Shown: positions 44,339 through 58,504, counted from the stretch's first letter. The stretch: 64,000 nucleotides of DNA from the human T2T-CHM13v2.0 reference genome, Homo sapiens (GCF_009914755.1 NC_060947.1); one strand, 5' to 3'. A program made the numbers and translations. Notes: generated from the sequence alone by a model not told the origin.

Positions 44339-44544
44339 CAGTAGCATGCTGGAGCAAGTTCACCCCAACTCACCAGAGCTGATTATTAAAGTTTTAGGAA
44401 TGTTATATGCTAGTTGAAGTTCATGTTAGTAACTCGAAATTGGCCATGGTGCAATATTTACACTACAGAAATAGGCAAACACTACAAATCAGGGCTTATT
44501 CCTCTAAGAAAGATGGTTGTATAACATTTACCAGCATACCACTG
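44339..44544. mobile_element. MER63A-like hAT MITE
   Basis: TIRs cagtagcatgctgg ... ccagcataccactg. Confidence 0.75.
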
Positions 44545-47500
44545 GTTATAGTCCTAGGTTAGTACTTGACTCTGTCAAATCCTTTGTTTCTATATATTTT
44601 TCATTTATATCATTTTGAGCAATAAAAGCCAACATATGGAATAATTTCAGAAAGGCACTATAACACACACTTAAAATTAGGGAAAGATTATTTGATTTTC
44701 TATACTTTCTAAAGCAAGACAATTCATGAAATTTTTTTACATTTTTATTTTGAAGTAATTGTTGATTTAAAGGAAGTTGCAAAGATAGCACAGAAAGATC
44801 CCATGAACCCTTCAACTAGTTTCTCCCCATGATTATCTGACATAATTTTAGTACAACATCAAAACCAGGAATAAAACACTAGTACAATGTGTGCATATAA
44901 ATTTGTGTCATTTGCTGGATTATATAGTAAGTTTATGTCTCATTAAGAAACTTCCAAACTATTTTCCAGAATAGCTGTACCATTTTACATTATCTCCAGC
45001 AGTTTAAGAGATCTAGCTTCTCTACATCTTTTTCAGCATTTGAACTTTGCGCTGTTTTTTAATTTTAGCTCTTCTATTAGATGTGCACTGATATCTCATT
45101 GTGTTCCTAATTACATTTCCAGTGATGTTGAACATCTTTTCATGTGTTTATTTGCTATCCATATATCCAATTTGGTAAAATGTCTCTTCACATCTTTCAC
45201 CAATTTTCCAATTAAACTGTTTTTTTTTGTTAGTGTTAAATTTAAAGGGTTCTTTATATATTCTAGATACCAAACCATTGTCAAATATATATGGTAACTA
45301 TTTTCTTCCAATCTGTAGCTTGTTGTTGCATCCTCTTAATGAAGTCTGTCATAGAGCAAAGGTTTTTAATCTTGGATGAGATTTACAAATTTGATTTGTC
45401 TTCATCATGCTATTGGTGTCTAGTCTAAGAACTCTTTGCCTAGACCCACACCCTGAAGATTCTCTCCTTTCTTATTATCTAAAAAGTTTATAGTTTTGCA
45501 TTTTATATATATATCTATAATCAATGTGGAGTTAGTTTTTGCATAAGGTTCATTTTTTTTTGCCAATGGATATACAATTGCTCCAGCATCATTTGTTAAA
45601 AAGTTTATCCTTTCTCCATTAATTTGCTTTTGCAACTCGCCTTACTTGTGTGGGACTATTTCTGAGTTTTCTATTCCTTTACTGTATTTACTATATTACT
45701 GTAGCTACATAGAAAACTTTAGTATCAAGTAGAGTGATTCTTTTCACTTTATTCTTCTTTTCCAAAATTGTTTCAGCTATTCTAGTTATTTTGCCTTTTG
45801 ATAAAAATTTTAGAATAATCTTGTTTATGTCCACAAAATCTTGCTGGGATGTTAATAGGAGTTACATTAAACTGTATATCAATTTGAAGAGAGTCATAGA
45901 GCAAACCTTTGCTCTAAACAGCTTTTACTATGCTGAGTCTTCCAAGTCATGAATATGGTATATCTCTTCATTTAGTTAAGCCTTTGATTTATTTTGTCAG
46001 CATTTTGTAGTTTTCAGAATACAAGTCTGTATATGTTTTGTTAGATTTACATGTAAGTACCTCAAGGTCTTTTTTGAATTACTGCAGATGGTATTTTCTA
46101 AAAATTTTTATTGTTAATTCTTGTGGGTACATGGTAGGTGTATATATTTATGGGTTACATGTGTTATTTTTATATGAGCATGTAATGCATAATTATCACA
46201 TCAGGGTAAATAGGACATCCATCACCTAAAGCATTCATCCTTTGAGTTTCAAACAACCCAATTATAACATTTTAGTTATTTCTAAATGAACAACTAAATT
46301 ATTTTTACTATAGTTACCCTATTAGGTTAGCAAACACTGTCTTATTTATTATTTCTATTTTTTGTTGTTGCTCCCATGAACCATCCTCCCTTTTCCCATC
46401 ATCCTCCCCAGCTACCCTTTCCAGTCTCTGGTAACCATCCTTCTACTTGCTATTGCAATGAATTTAATTGTTTTAATTTTTAGCTCCTACAGATAAGCGA
46501 GAACTTATGATGTTTGTCTTTCTGTGCCTGGCTTATTTTACTTAACATAGTGACCTCCAGTTCCACCCATGTTGTTGCAAATGACAGGATCTCATTCTTT
46601 TTTATGGCTAAATAGAACTCCATTGCGTATCTGTACCACATTTTCCTTATTCATTTGTCTGTTGATGAATACTTACATTGCTTCCAAATCTTGGTTATTG
46701 TGAATAGTGCTGCAATAAACACGACAGTGCAGATATCTTTTCAATATAGTGATTTCCTTTCTTTTAGGTATACTTAGAGTGCAATTGCTGGATTTTATGG
46801 TAGCTCTATTTTTAGTTTTTTGAGGAACATACAAATTGTTTTCCGTCGTGGTGGTACTACTAATATACACCCTTACCAAGAGTGAATGAGGGTTCCCTTT
46901 TCTCCGCATCCTTGCCAGCATTTGTTATTGCTTGTTTTGAGGATATAAGCCATTTTCCCAGGGGTGAGATGATATCTCATTGTAGTTTTGATTTGCATTT
47001 CTCTGATGATCAATGAGGTTGAACATGTTTTTATATAACTGTTTGCCATTTGTATGTCTTCTTTTGAGAAATGTCTATTCAAATCTTTTGCCCATTTTAA
47101 AATCAGATTATTAGATTTTTTTCTGTAGAGTTGTTTGAGCTCCTAATATATTCTAATTATTAATCCTTTTCAGATGGGTAGTTTGCAAATATTTTCTCCC
47201 AGCCTGTGGGTTCTCTCTTCACTTTGATGATTGTGTCCTTTGCTGTGCAGAAGCTTTTTAACTTGATGTGATCCCATTTGTTCATTTTTGTTTAGGCTGC
47301 CTGTGCTTGTGGGGTATTGCTCAAGAAGACATTGCCCAATCCAATGATCTGGAGATTTTACCCAATGTTTTCTTGTAGAAGTTTCATAGTTTGAGGTCTT
47401 AGATTTAAGTCTTCCATGTTGATTCAATTTTTGTATATGCTGAGAGGTAGGGTTCTAGTTTCGTTCTTCTACATGTGGATATCCAATTTTCCCAGCACCA

Positions 47501-47898
47501 TTTATTGAAGAGACAGTCCTTTCTCAAATGTATGTTCTTGGAAACTTGTCGAAAATGAGTTCACTGTAGATGTATGGATGTACTTCTGGGTTCTCTATTC
47601 TGTTCCATTAATTATTTGTTCATTTTCATGCCAGTACCATGCCATTTTGATTATGATAGCTCTGTAGTATAACTCAAAGTCAGGTAATGCAATCCCTCCA
47701 GTTTTCTTCTTTCTGCTTAGTGTAGCTTTGGCTATTCTGGGTCATTTGTGGTTCCATATACATTTGAAAATAATTTTTTCTATTTCTGAGGAGAACATAA
47801 TTGGTATTTTGATAGAAATTGCATTAAATCTGTATATTTCTTTGGGCAGTATGAACATTTGAACAGTGCTGATTCTTCTATGAACATGGAATCTATTT

Positions 47899-47938
47899 GT
47901 GTGTGTGTGTGTGTGTGCTTGTGTGTGTGTGTGTGTGT
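47899..47938. repeat. Interrupted (TG)n microsatellite
   Basis: Two TG runs separated by ct. Confidence 0.9.
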
Positions 47939-48409
47939 ATGTATGTCCTCTTCAATTTCTTGCATCAATGTTTTAGAATTTTCATTGTAGAGATCTTTTG
48001 CTTTTTTGGTCAATTCCTAGGTGTTTTATTTTATTTGTAGCTATTATAAATGTGATTACTTTCTTGATTTCCAGATTCTTCACTGTTGACATATAGAAAT
48101 GCTACTGATTTTTGTATGTCGATTTTATATCCTGCAACTTTACTGAATGTGTTTATCTGTTCCAATACTTTTTTTGTGGAGTCTTTAGGTTTTTCCAAGT
48201 AAAAGATCATATTATCTGCAAACAAGGATAATTTGACTTCTTCCTTTCCAATTGGGATGCCCTTTATTTATTTCTCCTGTCTGATTGCTCTAGCTAGGAC
48301 TTCCAGTACTGTGCTGAATAACAGTTGTAAAAGTAAGTATCCTCATGATGTTCCAGATCTTAGAGAAAAGGCTTTCAGTTTTTTCCCATTCAGTATAATA
48401 CTAGCTCTT

Positions 48410-48841
<432 letters not shown>

Positions 48842-49158
48842 TTATATGGTTTTTATCCTTTATTATATTGATATGATGTATCACAGTGATAGATTTGTGC
48901 ATGTTGAACCATCCTTGCATCCCAGGGATAAATCCCACCTGGTCATGATGAATGATCATTCTAATATATTTTTAAATTTGGTTTGCTAGAATTTTCTTGA
49001 GGATTTTTGATCAGTATTCATCAGAGATATTGGCCTGTAGGGTTTTTGTTTTTTGTTTTTGTTTGTTTGTTTGTTTGTTGTATTTTGTTTTTTTGATGTG
49101 GCTTTGTCTGGCTTTGGTATCAGGGTAATACTGACCTCATAGAATGAGTTTGAAAGTA

Positions 49159-49662
49159 AAAATCATGCTGCTATAAAGACACATGCACACGTATGTTTAT
49201 TGCGGCACTATTCACAATAGCAAAGACTTGGAACCAACCCAAATGTCCAACAATGATAGACTGGATTAAGAAAATGTGGCACATATACACCATGGAATAC
49301 TATGCAGCCATAAAAAATGATGAGTTCATATCCTTTGTAGGGACATGGATGAAATTGGAAACCATCATTCTCAGTAAACTATCGCAAGAACAAAAAACCA
49401 AACACCGCATATTCTCACTCATAGGTGGGAATTGAACAATGAGATCACATGGACACAGGAAGGGGAATATCACACTCTGGGGACTGTGGTGGGGTCGGGG
49501 GAGGGGGGAGGGATAGCATTGGGAGATATACCTAATGCTAGATGACACATTAGTGGGTGCAGCGCACCAGCATGGCACATGTATACATATGTAACTAACC
49601 TGCACAATGTGCACATGTACCCTAAAACTTAGAGTATAATAAAAAAAAAAAAAAAAAAAAAA
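49159..49662 (+). mobile_element. L1HS-Ta, 5'-truncated (about 500 bp)
   Basis: Intact ORF2p C-terminus (...KTKHRIFSLIGGN*); Ta diagnostics ACA at 49547-49549 and G at 49632; pure A22 tail; TSD gaaagta at 49152-49158 and 49663-49669. Confidence 0.96.
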
Positions 49663-52131
49663 GAAAGTATTCCCTCCTCTATTTTTTGGAATAGTTCGAG
49701 TAGGATTGGTATTAGTTTTTCTTTAAATGTTTAGTGGAATTCAGCAGTGAAGCCATTGGGTCACAGGCTTTATTCTGCTGAGAGAGTTTTTATTACAGCT
49801 TTGATCTCATTACTTGTTATTGATTTGTTCAGGTTTTGGATTTCTTCCTGGTTTAATCTTGGTAGATTGTATGTATCTAGGAATGTGTCCATTTCTTCTA
49901 GATTTTTAAATTTATCAGCATATACTTGTTCACAGTAGCCACTAATGATCCTGTGAATTTCTGCAATGTCAGTTGTAATATCTCTTTTTTTCATCTCTGA
50001 TTTTATTTATCTGGGTCCTCTCCCCTCCCCGCTTTTTTTATAAGTCTGGCTATAGGTTTGTCAGTTATGTTTAACTTTTCAAAAAAACAACTTTTTTGTT
50101 TCATTGATCTTTTGTATTGTTTTCTTCACTTCACTTTCATTTATTTCTGCTCTCATCTTTATTACTTCTTTTCTTATCCTGCTTTTGCTGTACCCCATAG
50201 GTTTTGGTATGTTGTGTTTCCATTATCATTTGTTTCAAGAAATTTTTCAATTTTCATCTTAATTTCTTCATGAACCCACTGGTCATTCAGGAGCATATTG
50301 TTTAATTTCCATGTCTTTGTATAGTTTCTAAAATTACTCTTGTTATTGATTTGTAATTTTATTCCATTGTAGTCAGAGAAGGAGCTTGCTATTATTTTAA
50401 TTTTTTAAATGTTTTAAGACTTGTTTTGTGACTTAACATATAGTCTATCTTTAAGATTGATCCTTGTGTTTAAGAAAAGAATGTGTATTCTGCTGGCGTT
50501 GGATGAAATGTTCTGTAAATTATCTGTTAGGCCCATTTGGTCTATAGGGCAGGTTAAGTCTGATGTTTCTTTGTTGATTTTGTGTTTGGATTATTTGTCC
50601 AGTGCTGAAAGTGGGATGTTAAGGTCTCCAGCTATTACTGTACCGATGTCTATCTCTCTCTTTAGCTCTAATAATATTTGCTTTATATATCTGGGTGCTC
50701 CAGTGTTGGGTGCATATATATTTCAAATTGTTATATCCTCTTGCTGAATTGACCCCTTTATCATTGGCATGGGATATCTTTTTCCAGTTGTTTTTTTTTA
50801 CACTCTGTGTGTGCCTTTATAGGTGAAGTGTATTTACAAAAGTGGAGGAGCCTCATCCCCTGGCCAGCATCATCACAGGTCCATGGGGATTACTGCCAGG
50901 CTACCACTGATGTTCCTTTAAGCCCCAAAGACTCTTCAGTTACCTTTTAGTGAATGTTTCCTGCCTGGGACTCTCCCTTCAAGGCAGTGGGCTCCCCTCT
51001 GTCCCAAGGCAGGTCCAGAAATGCCATCCAAGAGCCAAGGCATGGAATCAGGGACCCCAAAGCCTGCTTTGTGCTCTACCCCCTGTGGCAGAGCTAGTAC
51101 TTACAGTGCAAGACAAAGACCCCTTTACTTTTCCCTCCACTTTTCTCAAGCAGGAGGGATCTCTTTCTATGGCCACCATAGCTGGGAATGTACTGAGTCT
51201 CACCCGAAGCCAACAAGTCTCAGTGTCACCCAAGGCCCTCGACATAATACCTGAGTATTGCTGCTTGTTATTCAGGGCTCAAGGACTCTTCAGTTAGCAG
51301 GTGATGAAGCCTGCCAGGACTGTGTCCTTCCTGTCAAGGCAGCAGGTTCTCTCCTGTCACAGGGTGTGTCTAGATATGTCTTCTGGGAGCTAGGGCCTGG
51401 AATGAAGACCTCTGACCAGTGCCCTATCCTACTGTGGCTGAGCTGATATCCAAGATGTGAGAAAAAGTCCTCCCCACTCTTCCCTCTCCTCTCCTCAAGT
51501 GGAAGGAAGAAGTCTCTTTTAGAGCTGATATCTATGCAGCCTGGTGTTAGGGAAGGGTAGCACCAACACTCCCCTAGCAACCCTGGTTGGTGTCTTAGTA
51601 TGTTACATTCCCCACCCCCCACCCATCCCCCTGAGTCCACTGGCTCTTAGCCCAGTTCAGCACTAGGACTTGCCTAGTAGTTACAGTCCTTGTGGCATAA
51701 ACTGCTTTTCAAGCTTAATCAGGGCCCCAGGGCACTCCAGCCTGAGATAGTGAGCCTTACCAGAACTCAATTTCTGACCACTAGGATAGGCAATGCTCCT
51801 CTGGCTAGAACTGGCTTACATATTCTCTCTGTGGGCGGGTGTCAGCTGAGTTTGTTCTGGTTTTGCTTTCTGCTATAACAGAGCAGCACTGAGTTCAATG
51901 CAATGTCTCAAAATTGCTGCATTCTCCCTCTCCCAAGCACATAGATTCTCTTGGTGCCGCACGGTGGCTACTGGTGGATGGAGGAGGAGTGGCATTGGCA
52001 ATTCAAGACTTTTTCCTACCTCTGTAGTGCCTCTTTCAGCAATATGAAGTTAAAACCAGTTACTGTGAGTGCTCACCCAATTTTTGGTTCTTACTAAAGT
52101 GCTTTTTTTCTTTATGTGCAGATAGGTGTGA

Positions 52132-52596
<465 letters not shown>

Positions 52597-53600
52597 TAGG
52601 AGTTTTGTGTTGTGTTTGTTTTTGTTTTCAGTAGATTCCTTGGATTTTTCAATATAGACCATCATGTCATATGCAAGAAAAGAAGAACGGACAATTTTAT
52701 TTCTTCCTCTCTGATCTGCTTGTTTTTTCCATTTCCTTCTCTTGCCTTATTTTGCTGACTAGATCTTCTGGTACTATGTTGAAGACCAGTGAGAAAAGTC
52801 ATCCTTGCCTTATTCCCAATATTAAGGAAGAAAGCATTCAGCTTTTCACCATTAAGTATAATGTTAGCTCTAGGTTTTTTGTTTGTTTGTTTGGAGTCTG
52901 ACTCCAAACAAATTGTGGATTTATTGAAACCAGTAGACTGTAATACGTTTATAATTGTGGATTTGCCTATTTCTTCTTTCAGTTTTTGCTTTTTATATTT
53001 TGCAGCTCTGCTCTTTGGGGCATACACAGTTCATATAAAGGGGTGGATGGACTCTTTTATCGTTATGTAATGTCCTCTCTGTCTCTGGTAATTTTCTTTG
53101 CTCTGAAGTTTACTTGGTCTGATGTGACTATCACTAGCCCTGCTTTCTTTTGGCTACTGTTTGCATGGTATCTTTTCCCATCATTTTACTTTCACCCTAC
53201 GCATATCATTTTATTTGAAGTGTTTCTTGTAGTTAGTTCATGTCTTTTTCATTCACTTTGCAAATATCCTTCTTTGAATTGGTGTATTTAGACAATGTGA
53301 TTTAATGTAATTATTGGTATATTAAGGCTTAAGTCTGCCGTTTTGTATTTTGTTTTCTGTCATATTCCTATTTTTACTTTTTCATTCCTGCCTTCCTGTG
53401 CTTAACTTGAACATATTTTAGGATTCCATTTTTATTTATCAATAGTATTTTTGTGCTAATCTCTTTGTATAGCTTTTCTTTTTGTGGTTGCTATAGTCTT
53501 TATGTTATATATAAATAACGTATTACAGTCTACTGGTTTCAACTTTTTACCAGCTTGAGAGAAGTATAAAAATATTACCTCTTTTTATATCCTTTTACTC

Positions 53601-53636
53601 TCCCACATTTATAATATTTCCCACATTTATAATATT
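53601..53636. repeat. Perfect 18-bp tandem duplication
   Basis: tcccacatttataatatt twice. Confidence 0.9.
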
Positions 53637-55129
53637 TCTTAGATATTTCCTCTACACAGAGAACCACATTAGAGATTCTTGTAACTTTTATTCAGCTGTC
53701 AAACATCATTTAGAAAACTCAGGAAGAGAAGGGAAGTCTATTTTATTTACCAATATTTTTATTTTTTCCACGTTCTTCCTTCCTTCTTGATGTTCCAGTA
53801 TTCCTTCTTTCACCATATTCTTCTGTTTAGAGAACTTCTTTACCATTCTTTTAGGGTATGTCTGCTGGCAGCAAATTTTCCTAGTTTTCTATCATTTGAA
53901 AATGTCTTCATTTTTCCATCATCTCTGAAGGATATTTTCACTAAATATAAAAGTCTGGGTTGAACTTTTCTTTCAGCATTTTCTTAAAAAATATTGTGTC
54001 ATTTCCTTCTGGTCTTCATGGCTTTTGATGAGAAATCTACTGTCATTCAAATTTGTTGTTCTTGATTTTTTTTTCTTATGGGTAATGTGTCATTTCTCTC
54101 TGGCTGCTTTTGAGATTTTAAATTTGTCTTTTTTTTTCAGACATGTGACTATGATATGTGTGAGCATGGATGGTTTTGAGTTTCACCTGTTTGGGGTTTG
54201 ATCAGCTTCTTAAACATTTAGGTTTATGTGTTTTTGCCAACTTTGGGAAATTTTCAGCCATTATTTCTTTTAATGTTTTTTCAGCCCAATCCTCTTTCTC
54301 TTCTTTTTTAAGGACTGTAATGACATAAACATTAAATCCTTTGTTATAGTTCCACATATCTCTGAAGCTGTTTTCATTTTGTTCAATCAATTTGTTGCTC
54401 AGATTAGATAATTTATATTGTTCTATCTTCAAGTTTACTAATTATTTTTGTTCTCCTGCCCATTCTGCTACTGTGTCCATCCACTGAGATTTTTATTTCA
54501 GTTATTGTATTTTCAGTTCTAAATTGTCCATTTAGTTCTTCTTAATATCTTCTATATGAATGTCTCTTTGTTGAGACTTTCTATTTATTTGCTAAAACTA
54601 TTTTTTCATTTGTTTCAAGCATGTTCATAATTTTTCATGATTGCTCATTGAAACATTGCTGTGATGGCCCTCTAATATCTTTGTCAGATAATTCTAACAT
54701 CTGTGCCATTTCTGTGTTGGCATCCGTTGATTGCTTTTTTAAATTTAGCTTGAGATTTTTCTGGTTCCTGGTATGACAAGTGATTTTTAACTGAAAATTG
54801 AACATTCTGGATATTATGTTACAAGACTTTGGATCTTATTTAAATCTTGTGTTTTAGCAGGCTTTCTCTGATAACACTCCCATGGATAAAAGGGTGCCAC
54901 CTCACTACAGTTGGATGAGGGTGGAATTACACATTCTCCATGCATTCCCCATTGACCCCTGGGTAGAAGGGTCTTCTTGTTCTTCCTGGGCTAGGGTGGG
55001 GGGCCAGGAATGCAGGTGAGGAGAGGCCAGCAGGGGAGCAACTGAAGGCAGAGATGCTACCCTTCACTAGACCCTAATGCTTCCCAAGCAACCAGTGAAG
55101 TTCTTTATATGTAGTTACTTGAGACACTT

Positions 55130-55720
55130 TAAATATTCAACAATAAGACAGTGGACAATTAATTGTGGCATAGTCATGCAATTGAATGCCAAGCACGAAT
55201 GACCATGAATGAATAATTGTTAAATGCATCAACATGGATGAATCTCAAGAACATAATGTGGCAAATAAAAAGGAAGCCACAGAAGAAAACACATATTGTG
55301 TTTCTAATCATATAAAGCTTGAAAACAGGCAAAACTAAGCAAAGTATTTTTTAGGGATACTTGAACAGGTGCAAATGAAAAAGTATAAAGAATAATAAGG
55401 GAATTATTAACAAAATTGAATAGTTGACTCTGGAAGAAAGAGTTGAGTACGATTGGAGAGAGGTACACAGAAGCCTTCAAAGGTACCACAAATGTTCTAG
55501 TTTATCAGTTCTCAAACTCATCTGTGTCAGAATCAGGTAGGAAATTTGATAAAAATTTAACAACCTGAGTTCTACTTCCAGGAATGTAAGCCTCTATAAG
55601 CCCTTCAGTTGATTCTGACAAAACCAAGTTTTAAGAACCACTGTTCTAGTTCTTGAGCTGGGTTGTTTCTAAATAGAAATTTGTTTGAAATTATTATCTA
55701 ACTATATATGTGCTTTAAAT
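55130..55720 (+). mobile_element. L1ME-like 3' end
   Basis: caacatggatgaatctcaagaacataatgt...aaaacaggcaaaactaa. Confidence 0.7.
55503..55643. mobile_element. MER5-family hAT MITE
   Basis: cagttctcaaact...agttttaagaaccactg with a perfect 8-bp TSD ttctagtt (55495-55502, 55644-55651). Confidence 0.75.
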
Positions 55721-56169
55721 GTACATATATATATGTATTTCATGTAAAATTTTATGTAGTTGTCTTAAAGGCCTGATTCATAGTTTCTAGGCAAAAATAG
55801 TTTCAGCAGTTCAAACCTCTTAACCATGACTGGACAGTCCTCAAGATACTTTAGGTGGCAGTCTCCATTCAGAAATTAGATTGTCCAGTCTTGCTTAATA
55901 GTCAAAACGTCAAACTTGAGTTAGCATTAAACTGTATTTCTTTTCTAGTTTATGCCTCCTTTAGGCAAAGACTGCCATAGAAAAGATGAAGTGTGGTTGA
56001 CATGGTTGACTTCTTTTTTTACCTTCTCAAATCTCCCTCTACTAGCTGCTATACTCCAATCCACCATCATCAGCTGTCACAGTACTATTGCAATACTTTA
56101 CTCTGGTCTATCTCCTTTCACTTTTGCTCTCGCCACAACCTTTACTCTATATAGCAACCTGAATAAACT

Positions 56170-56560
56170 TTGTTTATTTTATTTCAAACTAATTTTGGAC
56201 TTAAAAAAAGTTGCAGAGATAGTTCAAGAGAATTCTCTTATACTCCTCACTCAGATTTTTCTAATGTTAGCATTTTACATAACCATAGTACACTTATCAA
56301 AACTGGGAAATTCACATTGGTACAACACTATTAACTAAACTACAAGTCTTATTTTTTCCACCATCCTTTTTCTGTTCCGAATCCTATCCAGGATCTCATA
56401 TTGCATTTGATTGTTTTTCTACTTAGTCTCCTCCAATCTATAAAAGTTCTTCATTCTTTCCTTATCTTTCATGACCTTGACACATTTCAAGAATATTAGT
56501 TATTTTGTTAAATGTCCCTCAGTTTAGGTTTTTCTAATATTTTCTCATGATTGGGATGAA
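56170..56560 (-). mobile_element. L1MC-like 3' end
   Basis: aaaaagttgcagagatagt...cattttacataaccatagtacacttatcaaaact...ctattaactaaactaca. Confidence 0.72.
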
Positions 56561-56711
56561 GCATTGTGATATGCCCTTATTTTAAAACTTTCTATGGCTT
56601 CCAATTCAATAAGAATAAAATCAAACATCATGTCCAAGTCTGGCATCATCTGATACTTAATTTTAGCTCATAGTTTACCTTAATGCACCCTGCTATGGCC
56701 ACAGCAGGTGC

Positions 56712-57146
56712 TGTAGTTTGAATTTCCCAAGAAGTAGACTCTGAGATAGCATTTAACTTGCAGGGTGTTTATTAGGAAGTGCCCTTGGGAGCAACCTATG
56801 TGAAGGGAGGAGAAGAAAAGGGAGTGGGCACAGAGAGAAACAGAGCTGCAGGACTGGCCCAGTAATAGACTGATCCTATATGGAGCAGTGTGGCTAGAAA
56901 TAGCCTTTCAGGGTTATCTTCCTTTGAAATGAGATGGCCAAGCCTTATACTCCCATGTAAATCCATCACTGGATGTGGTCTATCTTGAGAAAGAGGTAAC
57001 CTTGGTAATATGGCTCTCTGCAGCTGAGGGAGCCCCTGAAGGTGGTAACACTGAAGGCTGCCTGCCCTTAGCACTCCCAGCAGCTGGGACAATAAGTCAT
57101 TCAATAAAGGTGTATCTAGGTAGCACATCACAGTATTCCAACACAC
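56712..57146 (-). mobile_element. LTR16A-like ERVL LTR
   Basis: ttcccaagaagtagactctgagat...gtgtttattaggaagtgcccttggga, the reverse complement of the LTR16 3' terminus. Confidence 0.72.
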
Positions 57147-57199
57147 TTTCAGTTTAAGATTTTTTCTCTTTAGAAAATTTCATGTACTTGTATTTCTAT

Positions 57200-57490
57200 C
57201 TGGTATACTTTCCCTTGGCATTTGCATGGGTAACTCATCTTTATCCTTCAGAAATCAGCTAAAATATCAGCGCCATGGTGAGACCATCCTGATTTCTTTC
57301 TCTTTACTTCAAGATTTATGATCACATATCTGTTATTGTTTTGCTGGCTCCCTATGAAGCCGAGAGTTCCATAAAGGCAGGAAGCATATAAATCGATTCA
57401 TCTCTTTTACCACCACTTAGCCTGGGGCCCAGCCTGTGGGGAAGGATTAAAAATTCTTACTAAATTATCCAAAAATGAATAAATAACAGA
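57200..57490 (+). mobile_element. L2 3' end
   Basis: aactcatctttatccttcagaaatcagctaaaatatc...gagttccataaaggcagg...aatgaataaataa. Confidence 0.6.
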
Positions 57491-58347
57491 ATTAATGGAT
57501 AAGTTGAAATATAATAAACCTAGATTTGTTGGACAAAACTTCAGAGTACAGTAGTATCCCCTTATTTGTGGAGGATACGTTCCAAGACCCCCAGTGGATG
57601 CCCAAAACCAAGGACAGTACTGAACCTGATTGTCATCAATCAGAATACACTTCTGCTCATGTCTTCCACCCTCAAATATAATGCCGTTTTCATCTTAACT
57701 AAGCACTTATTACACACCACGGCCACAACTTTTGCACTTTAAAGTGCGACATCAAAATAATTTTTCTCTTTCTTCACAATTTTATGGATAGAAGTTTCAT
57801 TCTTACCATAGATCTCAGCAACTTCAGCATACAATTTGTTTTTCTTTTCATATTAAGTTAGGAACTTACACCTTTTCACTTAAAGGAAGCATTTTACAGC
57901 TTCTCTGTGACATATCTGAATTACCAGCATCATTACTCTTGCACTTTGGGGCCATTATTAAGTCAAATAAGGGTTACTTGAACACAAGCACTGTGATACT
58001 GAGACAGTCCATCTGATAACGGAGATGGCTTACTAAGAGACTGATGGGCAGAGAGTGAAGACAGTGTAGATGGGCTGGACAAAGGGAAGACTCATATCCA
58101 GGGCTGAATGGATATCAAGTTCAGTACTGTCCTTGGTTTTGGGCATCCACTGGGGGTCTTAGAATGTATCCTCCACAAATAAGGGGATACTACTGTACTC
58201 TGAAGTTTTGTCCAACAAATCTAGGTTTATTATATTTCAACTTATCCATTAATTCTGTTATTTATTCATTTTTGGATAATTTAGTAAGAATTTTTAATCC
58301 TTCCCCACAGGCTGGGCCCCAGGCTAAGTGGTAGTAAAAGAGATGAA
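57397..58347. repeat. Inverted repeat: arms 57397-57630 and 58114-58347 (234 bp), 483-bp spacer
   Basis: Manual alignment gives no indels and 4 mismatches, all transitions. Confidence 0.97.
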
Positions 58348-58504
58348 CAGTGTAAGATTTCATAACACTGCTCAGAATGGTGTGCAATTTGAAACTTATG
58401 AACTGGTTGTTTCTGGAATTTTCCATTTAATATCTTCAGACTGTGATTGACCTTGGGTAACTGAAACCACAGGGAATGAAACCGTGGATAAGAGGGGACT
58501 ACTG
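57549..58504. mobile_element. MER44-family (Tigger7-derived) DNA transposon, interrupted by a 234-bp insertion
   Basis: ta|cagtagtatccccttatttgtggaggatacgttccaagacccccagtggatgcc ... gaaaccgtggataagaggggactactg. Confidence 0.88.

Noticed and set aside
49193-49435. 80-aa ORF with a clean protein-like sequence
   Set aside because: It is only the C-terminus of L1 ORF2p in a truncated, promoterless L1HS, not a gene
55027-55042. CTCF-like motif gccagcaggggagc (also gccactagtgggc at 42901)
   Set aside because: Mismatches in core positions; not supportable without ChIP data
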